This document shows, piece by piece, positions 52,969 through 64,000 of a DNA stretch of 64,000 nt (the stretch's first letter is position 1; each line of letters starts with the position of its first letter). The notes below the pieces were generated by a model. The model saw nothing but the letters and a program-made list of their open reading frames with translations. It made no database searches and had not been told where the DNA came from. This DNA is from Octopus sinensis. Taxonomy: Eukaryota. A program made the position numbers and the translations under genes. The stretch is taken from positions 67,828,001 through 67,892,000 of the forward strand of contig NC_043007.1 in the NCBI RefSeq assembly GCF_006345805.1. The letters run 5' to 3'.

Positions 52969-53046
52969 TAATATATTCTATATATATATCAGAAATATTA
53001 AATTTCTAAATCTCTCATAGAGATATGTACGGTGGTGGGGCGATAG

Positions 53047-53576
53047 AATGGTTGTATACTGTCAATCTAACATGAACGTGACAGTAGGGGGTTACACCAC
53101 CGCTGTTTAGCCCTAGGAAGCATCGACGCCTCCTGATGGCTTTGACACATTTTTCCTGTGTCCTTATATACATTTACGAAGAGGAGACAAATACCCCCAG
53201 CAGCCAGGCCTGCATCTAGAGACACGCATGTTTCAGGATCATTGTCCTTCATCGGTAGAAATTTAATATTTCTGATTTTGGTAATCAGTGAATAAACTTC
53301 ACTGAAATTAGATATATACATTTGCGAGTCGAGGCAGATATCAACAGCTGACGGGCGTCTGCTACTCTAGACCGATGAAGGACAATGAGCCTGAAACATG
53401 CGTGTCTCTAGATGCAGGCCTGGCTGCTGGGGGTGTTTGTCTCCCCTTCGTAAATGTATATAAGGACACAGGAAATGTATCAAAGCCATCAGGAGGCGTC
53501 GATGCTTCCTAGGTCTAAACAGCGGTGGTGTAACCCCCTACGTCACGTTCACGTTAGATTGACATTATACAACCAT

Positions 53577-53577
<1 letters not shown>
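53047..53577. mobile_element. Inverted pair (~207-bp arms) of a Penelope-type hammerhead repeat
   Basis: Arms 53047-53255 and 53372-53577 are about 95 percent identical and separated by ~115 bp. Confidence 0.9.
53366..53412 (+). ncRNA. Type I hammerhead ribozyme with variant core CCGAUGA; predicted cleavage after C53406
   Basis: TCTAGA-CCGATGA-AGG(ACAATGAG)CCT-GAAA-CA(TGCG)TG-TC|TCTAGA: 6-bp stem I, tetraloop stem III, GUC triplet. Confidence 0.75.
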
Positions 53578-53652
<75 letters not shown>

Positions 53653-54491
53653 GAGAGAGAGAAGTGCGAATGATAGAGTGACTGTGTATTTTGTATGTAC
53701 AGATCGATGTACATCTGCCACAGTTAAGTTTGAAGTACTACGTAGATAACCATTGCATCCAGTAAAGCGGTTGGGTAAGTACTATATTCAACAGTATCAT
53801 AAAATTCAGAGTTAATGTTGGAGAAATTACGTTAAGCACAAGTTTATGTTATTAGTTCTTACGTACATTTCCCCATTATGACAGCTTGGATTTCAGTGTT
53901 GGATGTTCCAAGAGAAATTTGGATGCTTAACCCAAAGAGATCACCAGAGAACACTTTATTGCATTAAGTTACAGAAAACTAATAAGAAAAGAGGGTTTTA
54001 GGAAGACGATATGGGAAGAGTAAAAGAGAGACAAAGAAGACAAATAGAGAACGAAGAGAGATTTAAAAGAGCGAAAAATGAAGAGAGATAGAAATAGGGG
54101 AAAACAGCAGAAAGAGGGAAAAAGAAATAAAAAGGAAAGAAAAAGTAAGTTGGACAACCATAACGGATGGACAAAAATATAAAGTTATAAAAATATGTAA
54201 CAACGTGATCTCTGTAACTTAACGCAAAAAAATAGTTTCCTGATGATCCGTTCTGGTTAATAACTCAAATGCACTAGGCACATCTAATGCAGAGTTCCAA
54301 GCAATCATAATGGTGAAAGGTACGTAGGAACTAATAATATAAACGTGTGTTCATCGTAATCTCTATCTCTCTCATACACACACACATGTCGTGGTTGCAA
54401 TAAACTCATGCATAGGCATTGCTGACATTTTACATGGGCAATAGTCAGTGATGGTCTTCCTCTGTTACGAGTGGACAATCAACACACGTAC

Positions 54492-54550
<59 letters not shown>

Positions 54551-55107
54551 TATGCACATACAGTAATACAGATGGGTTGAGGTTTACTACAGCTGTTTCA
54601 AACGTGTTCTTTATTGAGGAAAAAATGTTACATCATGCAAAATTAAATAAATAAATATAACGCTTTCTTCAGGCGAATTAAAAGTGAAATTTAACACTTA
54701 GGATTCTTCACATAACTAGAACATAATACAAGTTGTCACTCCCATCAAGGTTACATGTTTATGCATGAATGTAGGTGGTTTGAAGTTTAACTAGATCAAA
54801 GTAAAGATATAATAAAAATCACAGAAGGAGGTGGAAGGTGACTGTGCTCTCCCTTAGGAGAGCAGTGTTTTACTTTGTGAAACACAGCCACTCTCAACTT
54901 CCTTCACATCTAGACGTAAGAACAGGTCCCGCAATATTTTCTGCTACATGATGTTTTTACCAGCTTCATAAATGGCAAAATAAATTATATATTTTCGCTC
55001 AGAAAGCCTGGGTAACTGTGTTTCACTAAGCCTTTTGTTGTTGTTGTTGTTGTCGTTGTTGCTGTTGTTGTTGTTGTTGTTGTTATAATAATAATAATAA
55101 TAATTAT

Positions 55108-55517
55108 TATTATTATTAGGCGCAGGAGTGGCTGCGTGGTAAGTAGCTTTCTTACCAACCACATGGTTCTAGGTTCATTTCCACTGCGTGGCACCTTGGG
55201 CATGTGTCTTCTACTATAGCCTCGGGTCGAAAGTGGATTTGGTAGACGGAAACTGAAAGAAGCCTGTCGTATATATATGTATATATATATATGTATGTGT
55301 GTGTATATGTTTGTGTGTCTGTATTTGTCCCCCCACATCGCTTAACAACCGATAGTGGTGTGTTTACATCCCCGTAACTTAGCGGTTCGGCAAAAGGACC
55401 GATAGAATAAGTACTAGGCTTCCAAAGAATAAGTTCTGGGGTCGATTTGCACGACTAAAGGCGGTGCTCCAGCATGGCCGCAGTCAAATGACTGAAACAG
55501 GTAAAAGAGTAAAAGCG
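55108..55517 (+). mobile_element. CORE-type SINE family B, full length
   Basis: AGGCGCAGGAGTGGCTGCGTGGTAAG..CCAGCATGGCCGCAGTCAAATGACTGAAACAGGTAAAAGAG. Confidence 0.9.
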
Positions 55518-55519
55518 AG

Positions 55520-55589
<70 letters not shown>

Positions 55590-55590
<1 letters not shown>

Positions 55591-56095
55591 TCTATAATTG
55601 TTCAATATTTGGTAGATTGAGGCAAATTTCTACTACATGACCTGCTACGCCTCTGTGTTGGGGTGTATGCAGCATTGTGTGTTCTTTCTCTGCTGTTGGG
55701 AGTGTGCAAACTCTTCCCGGTACTGTATTGCATAAGCATTTTTTCCTTGAGATGTGGTGCTGTCTTTTGTTGTGTTACTGTTTGTATTGTGTGTTGAGTG
55801 TGTAATACTTTGGTTTTCTAGCTTGCTGGTGGGAGTTTATTTCACTGGATAGATGCTGCATAGAGTGTGTCTTGTAGTTGTAGGGTATTTGTTTAGGTTG
55901 TATTATTGGATTGATAGTGTCTTGCGTAGGATGTGGGCCGTTCCGAGCAGGGCTATTTTTTGGACAGTGTATAGTGTTCAGGGTCTAGGTATAAATTCTA
56001 CATTTTCGTTCATATGATTTTTTATCATGCCCAATGCTACAATTATTATTGGTTATTATTGTCCCACATTTTGAATACTCCAGGAATGAATAAGC
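55590..56095 (-). mobile_element. 3' fragment of an R4/Dong element (Dong-D) ending in (TAA)n
   Basis: ALGMIKNH..VQKIALLGTAHILRKTLSIQ* (stop at 55903-55905); ~310-bp 3' UTR then (TAA)n at 55520-55589. Confidence 0.85.
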
Positions 56096-56159
56096 TCCGC
56101 GATACCTCTTATACTGATAGAATCCAACATACGTAAAAATATGTATGCATACTCACACA

Positions 56160-56312
56160 CACACACACACATATAGACAGTCCAAACATGAACAAGCAAG
56201 AAAAACCACAACACGAGGACGTGGAATAAGTACAGTGTTATTGGACGCCCAGGAAAGAAAAGAAAGAGGATTTCACGTTTCGAGCGGAGCTCTTCATCAG
56301 AAATATAGAATA
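56160..56312 (-). ncRNA. Penelope-type repeat with hammerhead motif (core 56294-56300); GUG triplet, probably inactive
   Basis: ATTT-CTGATGA-A-GAGC(TCC)GCTC-GAAAC-GTG-AAAT; homologous to 14113-14302. Confidence 0.65.
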
Positions 56313-56584
56313 TATATATATATTATATATATTATATATATATATATATATATAGCACTAGAGCTATCCACATAGTGGTAACTCTCTAATATTTATATAT
56401 ATATATATATATAATTATATATATATATATATATATAATATATATATATATATAATATATATATACAATATATATATCAACATACATATATATATATGTA
56501 TGTGTGTATGTGTGTGTATGTGTGTGTGTGAGTATGTGTATATTTAAATGTATATCTATCTATCCACACGCACACACACACGCA

Positions 56585-56639
<55 letters not shown>

Positions 56640-57136
56640 ATGAATTCTACACACTTTCCACTCACTAAATTCACTTAGAAGGCATTAATTAGTCCGGTTG
56701 GTGCTATATCAGAAGGCACTGGCCCAAAGTGCTACGCAATGAAACTGAACCCGTAATTTCGTGGTTTCGATGCGAACTTCTTAACCACACAGCTATATCT
56801 GCGACTAATATCTAATGATATATTTCCATCTTAATATCCAAATTACACTCGTTTTAAAATCACTGTAATATTTTCTCTTTATATTCAGCTTCCATATCTC
56901 TATTCTATATTAATTAATTTCTTATGCAATTATTTTTTTCTCAATCATCCTAATGTTAATCTCGATACTTGTTTAATTGTCCAGTATGGAATATATTGAT
57001 TTTTGTCTCAAGTACACAGCCTAAAATCTTTAGAGGAGAGAGAGAAAGACATATCTATCTATCTATCTATCTTATCTATCTATCTATCTATCTCTATCTA
57101 TCTATCTACTATCTATCTATCTATTACTATATATTA

Positions 57137-57179
<43 letters not shown>

Positions 57180-57189
57180 TATATATATA

Positions 57190-57387
57190 CATATAGTCGC
57201 CATGATAGATCGTTAGCCACTATACACATTTTTTTCTCTCTTTGTTTTTTCTGTGTCTCTTTCTGTAGAAGAGCGTAGGCTCGAAACGTAAAAGACTTTT
57301 TCTATTCCTGAGCGTTATACTAATATATCTGTTTGTTTTGTACACTACTTGTCTTCGTCTTTTGTTTTTTTCGTAAACTCTCCCTAC

Positions 57388-57390
<3 letters not shown>
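57190..57390 (+). ncRNA. Penelope-type repeat with hammerhead motif (57255-57296), core variant CTGTAGA
   Basis: TCTTT-CTGTAGA-A-GAGC(GTAG)GCTC-GAAAC-GTA|AAAGA; flanked by (TA)n. Confidence 0.6.
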
Positions 57391-57465
<75 letters not shown>

Positions 57466-58182
57466 AGAGAAAAGATAGATAGAGAGGAGAGAGGTATAAT
57501 CGGTTTATATCAGATGCTGTTACTTCAATGACAGGGTCTTCCTACAATCGGTATCCCTGTTAGAAGTTGTAGCCGAATGTCTCTCAGACTCCATCAGTCC
57601 TCTTAGAAAAGGAAGGGTACATAAGATAATGTAGTCTTAAATACACTGTCTACACATTCTAAAAATTAGATAGAATAGTCATGGTTGGAACGCTTCTGAT
57701 CATTGAATTGCTTGATTAGGACCAACCTTGCGCTACATAACAACAACTGGTATTTGCAATTTCGATGACATTTGAACTCACAGTTAATTTTAGATATAAA
57801 TGTAACAGTTATAATTTTACTTTTTTCAAATTTCATGGTTTTTACACAAAATACTGAGGTGACTACTAATTTCCAAATTAAACCTATCTATTAAATAAAA
57901 TAAAATTTAAACAAATTCTTGATTTGTATTTTTGCTCCAAATATAGGTTATTGATAACAATGATACTGTTTAACAGTTAATTACATATGTAACATTGTTC
58001 GATATTACTAACAGTAGCGAAAGTATATACCCAACATTAACTTTGACAATTAACTCTCCAGTTTACATATAATAACCAAGGGAGATAAATCCTAAAACTT
58101 AAAAGATAATTTTTTTTGTGGGGACGGACAAACAGATGGAAACATACTGTCAATTATATTAATAGATATTGAAATTTCTTAC

Positions 58183-58323
58183 ATCATCCTTGTAACATTC
58201 ACTGCAGTAATAAAGACAAGCATCTACAGGGCTGATGTCACTGGAAGCTGGTCTAATCGCTTCCGCCGTCGACATCATGCAAGCTTCTAATGCCAGCAGT
58301 ACTGTGAGAATTGTTAGACTCAT
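58183..58323 (-). CDS. First coding exon of the secreted six-cysteine peptide (signal peptide plus C-x3-C-x2-C)
   Basis: Acceptor TTTACTATTTTCAG (58351-50), 26-nt UTR, MSLTILTVLLALEACMMSTAEAIRPASSDISPVDACLYYCSECYKDD, donor |GTAAGA at 58182; phase 0 matches the 50591 exon. Confidence 0.82.
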
Positions 58324-59263
58324 TCTGGATTTGGATATATATTCACTGTCTGAAAATAGTAAATAAGAAAATTACAGAAACATCGACAACAATAACAACA
58401 TCAAACATTGCAGATAAACTTTTATTTTTTATACAGGAATTTTTGAGACAAGTAAGGGTTCATGACCTTTGCATGTAAGCGATTGCTGTTCAAGGAAACC
58501 GTAAAAACACGTTTTATGTTTACACTGCGTCGTTATAAAGTTCCTTTCCCAACCACGATATATCTGGATCGATCCCATTGCGTACCATAATGCCATTTAT
58601 TTTTTTTCGACCCATATCTTGTGAGGGAAATAGGGTAGACGGTTGGATTGTACCAGTAATTCTAATGGTACAGCCTTGTCACGTACTCGAGATTTACGTT
58701 AATGGCACAGATATCCATGGCATGTTCAGCCACTTAAATGTTAATTCATGAAAATGTTTGGCCGATTGAATATTTTGATATTTTGATTGACTATTTCACT
58801 CTGCATCGTCGTACGACAGAGATCCACATTAACCCTCTGCCTGTTCTGTATATCACATGTGATGCATAGGAGATAATTCCCTGATATCCATGCATCATAT
58901 ATGCATATGATACAGATTGCCAATTTTTTCAAGCACCAGAGTAATTTAGGACTTATGAAGAGAAAGCTTTATAATTACCCAGAACGTGTGAAACATGGGT
59001 TAACTAAAAGGACAAACTTATGAAAATGCTGTGGACAGGCAAATGGTTAAAATTCTTTAGAATACACGGTAGAATCCGTTTATGAAGAGAAAAAGATAAG
59101 GAAAATTATTTACACATTGCAGCAGGCTCTTTATTGAGATTGACCATTTCCAACAATTTACTATCATTATGTACACAAAGCATGATGTGATTTTGAAGAC
59201 ATAGAAATACCATTTGCAATTGCTCTTTGCCTATACCCTGAATCAGAATAACTATGCTGACTC

Positions 59264-59313
59264 ACAAATCGTCTGTTGAACGAGGTTTACTTCAATAAAT
59301 TTCTGCCTTTATA
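59264..59313 (-). promoter_or_regulatory. Candidate TATA box (59313-59308) and short non-coding first exon ending at donor GTGAGT (59265)
   Basis: TATAAA followed ~45 nt later by TTT|GTGAGT; would give a ~915-bp intron to the 58350 acceptor. Confidence 0.4.
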
Positions 59314-60047
59314 TGATCCCATTAAATAAAGTTGAAATAATTATTAATTTTGTTTTTGAAAATGTATAAACAACTTTTTTAGATTTATGACAATATACAT
59401 ACAAATACATGCATTTTTTAAAGTTTATATGTACAGATTTTCTATAGAATTTAGAGCCAACGCTGAAAGCTAGTACGTTTCGTATACGAATATGTCTATG
59501 TAAATAATGCGGAAGAAAGAACAGTAAGTAATAGGTGTATATGCATAATTGAGGAGTTCTTGCTCCTTCTTTAGCGCCACATCCAACCCATTGACTATGA
59601 ACAAATACATTGCTTAAATAGTCATTAAGTTTAGTAATGTAACACATTACATATTAAACACATTCCCGGCAGCTGATACGTAGTAGAAAAGCCTACCAGC
59701 AATAATATATGCATATACATATTTACATAAAGACGTACATGTATACATACATACATACATACATGCATACCAACATACGTACGTACATACATACACACAT
59801 ACACACATATACACATACATGCATGCATACATACATATATGTGTATATATATATGTATACACACACACACATATGTTTGCATCAATCGATGCACATATAT
59901 GTATTTAACATATACATATACATGTATGTATGTATCTATGTACATACATGTATATATATATGTATGTATGTATGGAAGTATGTATATCTCTCTCTCTATA
60001 TATATAAAACTATGCATATATATCTATACGTATATACGTATACATAA

Positions 60048-60091
<44 letters not shown>

Positions 60092-60100
60092 ATAACTGTA

Positions 60101-60180
<80 letters not shown>

Positions 60181-60339
60181 TATATACATACACACATATA
60201 CACACGCAAGCGCCAGAGCATTAAGCTTCTAGGAAAAGCAAACGAATATATACAAGAACGAAAACAAGAACAAGAATCCAAAAGAAGTAGGGATTGCAAA
60301 CATAAGGAATCGCCAGTGAAAAAGCTATTCAAGAGTCAA

Positions 60340-60600
60340 ACTTCTGCAGAACAATGGATGGTAACAGTTTCGTGGGACGCAAAAAGGAACATTACCTTGA
60401 AAAGGGGTCTACAGTCCCCAGTGTAAGCTACAGTTAAATGCTGGCCAACAAACTGGAACCAACAATTCACACCAAAAGGCTGCTTCACGAGCAGCCGAAA
60501 ACTCTGCGCCGAGGGAATAAGTAAGCTTGTGGACCGCTGGAGGAAGTGCATCGAAAAATTAGGAGATTATGTGGAAATATGATGTAATTGTTCAAACCCT
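60340..60600 (+). mobile_element. Internally deleted mariner transposase remnant
   Basis: MVTVSWDAK..LEKGSTV..LHEQPK..EGISKLVDRWRKCIEKLGDYVEI*. Confidence 0.75.
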
Positions 60601-60870
60601 ACTTTTGCTTTAATAAATTGCAAAAGCAAGGATGCGCATGAGTTTTGACACGTATATACGAGGGGTGCTGAAAAGTTTCTGGCTTGGGGTAAAAGAAAAT
60701 TTAGGAGGATCAGCTAATTATGATTTTATCCAGCATATTCATGTTCACAAACTTATTGCAGTCCTTCATTTTTTTTAAAGCCGTGTAAAAGAACAAGGAA
60801 GATTGGGTCACCAATTAGGCCATTCGCGATACCCTTAAAGCCAGGATCGTTTCAGTATCCCTGTTACACA

Positions 60871-60901
<31 letters not shown>

Positions 60902-61004
60902 CTTACACACACACACAAACACAAGCACCATACACACATAGTGTTTGAAGTCGTGTACCGGTATTGTATATTGAGAAAAAGGAGGCAGTCAGAATTTTGG
61001 ATAA

Positions 61005-61052
61005 TTCTTTATTAGCGCTTTCGTTCGCTTAATCGAACTCTTCAAGAAGAAA
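61005..61052 (-). ncRNA. Degenerate hammerhead-like motif
   Basis: TTGAAGA-GTTCG(ATTAAG)CGAAC-GAAA-GCGC-TA; palindromic AGCGCT; poor stem I. Confidence 0.45.
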
Positions 61053-61338
61053 ATTAAAACCAAAACGTTAAAAACAGAACGACTCATAGTATTTTATGTG
61101 AATCGGATGTTTTTTTTTAGCTTTGGAAAAAGGGAGAAAGAGAAAAAGATAAGGAGCAGGACAATCACAAAAGAAAAACAAAGAGGGGGGGGGGAAAGAT
61201 AGATAAATAGATAGATAGATAGATGGAGAGAGAGAGAGGTTTCTTTTCAATTATATTCTTTGTTTTGAAGACAAGAGAGGAAGAAGAAAAAGAATATATA
61301 TATATATATATATACACATATATATATATATATATGTG

Positions 61339-61369
<31 letters not shown>

Positions 61370-61467
61370 GTGTGAATATATATATATATATATATATATA
61401 TAGGACAAATTTAATAATTTCACTACAGCTGTCAATTGTGGAACATGGCTGTCAAAACTATTACTAC

Positions 61468-61510
61468 ATAAACCTGATGATTGCGTAACGTATGAAAGTA
61501 CTAGCTTTAT
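61468..61510 (+). ncRNA. Hammerhead-like motif in a Penelope-type repeat between (TA)n arrays
   Basis: ATAAAC-CTGATGA-TTGCG(TAA)CGTAT-GAAA-GTAC-TA|GCTTTAT; palindromic AGTACT; one mismatch in stem II and one bulge in stem I. Confidence 0.55.
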
Positions 61511-63073
61511 CACAATAAATATATAATGTTGTAAAATTGTAAAAATTGTAAATAATAAAACGTCAAAATCAGACTAGTTGGAGTTTCATTGATTACTATA
61601 TTCTCCTGTACACAATCATACAAAGTCGGATATATATATATAATATATTATATATATATATATATATATATGCATGTAATAATATATATACATATGCATT
61701 AAATAATATATATACATATTGCATGTATATAAATATATATATATATATATTGTATATAATATATATATATATTATATATATATATATAGATATATACATA
61801 TTATATATATATATATATATATATAATATTTAGTAACCCTTATCTTTAAAATTTTTTTACGGAAACATTTTCAATAGGCAAATAAAACTTCTATTCTATT
61901 TTGCCAGCTCCAGTGTAATGATGCACAGTTAAACATCTGTTAATGCCATATCGCATGAAGAAATGAATCTATAAAGATTGAACTACTCGATGCCCACGGA
62001 TACTACGGATTACGCTGTAATCATCTTAGGAATACGGACTGTGATCTTAAGAGATGTGTTATCTGTGGAAACGCGTATAGCGATGCATCAAAATATATTC
62101 CATCCAAGGATTATTGTCATTATTAGAATATTTATCCTGCATTATATCGGTTACAGCTCAGTGCAAATCCAATAAAACTGGTTCACCAGTCAGAATCATT
62201 AGACTGTAACCGGCATAATGACATAGAAACATTATTTGTATATATATCCATATATATGCATATATTATATATATGTGTTTGGTGTGTGTGTGTGTGTTTA
62301 TGAGTGAATGTGTGTCTGTGATTTCATATAGGAAACGCTGCGATATTGGAATCAACAGACAGCTTTTATGGTATATTAGTTCTATAAAGGTCAACCTCAG
62401 GTTAAATAACAACAATATAATTGGCATGGAGTTAAGCTACAACAACGGCAATTATGGAAATAATGGAATTCTGTCGTTTCATAGCCGAAATATAAAACTA
62501 TATTATCTTCATCTATACGGCTTAGCGACTCAAAAGCCCGTTTGAATTATTTATCTAACAATAACATTTCGGAATATATATTAACTGGTTACTATGTTCA
62601 CCATGCAATTATACATGCCTATACACGCAGACGCAAAAGCGCAAACATTCATATAAACAGGCACAGTCGATGGGTTTGTGTATGTATATATATATTTGTG
62701 AGTGTATATATGTGTGCGTGTGCATGTGTATTTGTGTGTGCGTACTGGGGTTTAGTAATTTAAGCTTGGAACATATGCGTAAAGTTCCGTAAAATTTAAT
62801 GCATTTGTTGGGTACGTGGCTTTGCAATAAATTAGCTAATTTTCCGAAGAAGATTAGTGTTAGCGCCGAATAAGACAAGCTGTGCGATGTGTCACATATA
62901 GGCCTGAAATCTTATCATGCATACACACGTACACACACAGAGGCAATCACTAATACCACTTTTCTTTCAGATCTTCCAGAAACATGTTCAAGCGCTACAC
63001 ATACACACTCTCAATCACACACACGCACACACACACACACACACACACAGACAGACAGACAGACACACACACA

Positions 63074-63106
<33 letters not shown>

Positions 63107-63254
63107 TTACTTGCTTAATACATTCAAAGATACATGCATTCACACACATATGTCAAGTACAATATGGTCGAATGGTTAAGAAGTTCGCTTAGTAACTACG
63201 AGGCAAGGGTTCGATCTTATTGCCTAGCATTTTGAACAAATGTCATATACTACC

Positions 63255-63402
63255 TATTTCTTTACTACCCACAAGGGGCTAAACACAGAGAAGACAAACA
63301 AGAACAGACAAACAGAATAAGTCGATTATATCGACCCCAGTGCATAACTGGTACTTATTTAATTGACCCCGAAAGGATGAAAGGCAAAGTCGACCTCGGC
63401 GG
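63255..63402 (-). mobile_element. SINE family A, 3' part with Tx1-like tail
   Basis: CCGAGGTCGACTTTGCCTTTCATCC..TTTAGCCCCTTGTGGGTAGTAAAGAAAT. Confidence 0.85.
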
Positions 63403-64000
63403 AAGAAATGCCATATACTACATTCTCGGGTTGACCCATACCCAGTGAGAGAGATTGGGCAGGCAGATACTGTGTACAAGCCTGACAAAGTAGATTGTTC
63501 ATGTAATTCACTAGGTACAACCTTGTCATACACAGTATCACGCAGATTCTGCCCGAAAATTACGTTACGGTTACACATGTCTATGGAATACTCAGCAAAT
63601 TACGAGTCAACTCTCATCTTTGAACGACAGAGATTCACCACCGTTACCATCACACACACACACGCACATATGAATTACTGTATTTGCATCTGAATGAACA
63701 GAAGTGCTAATTAGTAATACAAACGAGAGTCAAACGGCTAATATGAATATTTAATTCCACCTCAAGCAGAGTTTCAAGTCACACAGTCGTTCACGTAATA
63801 TTAAAATTAATACAAAACTCTACAGCATAATATTTTGGTAGTTTATAGTATAAAATTTCAGAATACGATCTAGAATTTTATCGGTAGGTATAAGACGAAA
63901 TAATTCTTGGATCTTTTCGGTTTGAACGGCAGTTTTTTCTAGCGGTGTCATATGAAATTGTCACCCATAATTATAACCCTAGTATCGATCTATTGCATTT

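Overview
AT-rich, microsatellite-saturated animal genomic DNA. The SINE, LINE and microsatellite make-up looks like an octopod cephalopod (Octopus-like); this is pattern recognition, not a database result. Almost all listed ORFs are microsatellite or repeat artefacts. Real content: (1) One host gene that the ORF track misses because it is spliced. Two minus-strand coding exons (58323-58183 and 50591-50448) encode a 94-aa secreted six-cysteine peptide with an eclosion-hormone-like Cys framework; a TATA box and short first exon are plausible near 59.3 kb. (2) About 15 hammerhead-ribozyme (HHR) motifs of the Penelope-like/retrozyme type from several non-coding families. Four loci are inverted pairs, including a ~685-bp near-perfect palindrome whose arms each carry an intact type I hammerhead, and two families have tRNA-like Pol III heads. 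(3) Four R4/Dong-clade retrotransposons (two near full length), all abutting (TAA)n. (4) A Tx1/L1-like LINE 3' end, an ORF1-only (HAL1-like) element with a 15-bp TSD inside a Gypsy LTR, and a tRNA-SINE, all three sharing one 3' tail. (5) Gypsy remnants, mariner and DD41D elements and MITEs, a Chapaev3-like element, Helitron-like elements and many SINEs. No rRNA, bona fide tRNA or CRISPR array was found. Repeat boundaries are approximate unless TSDs or TIRs are quoted.
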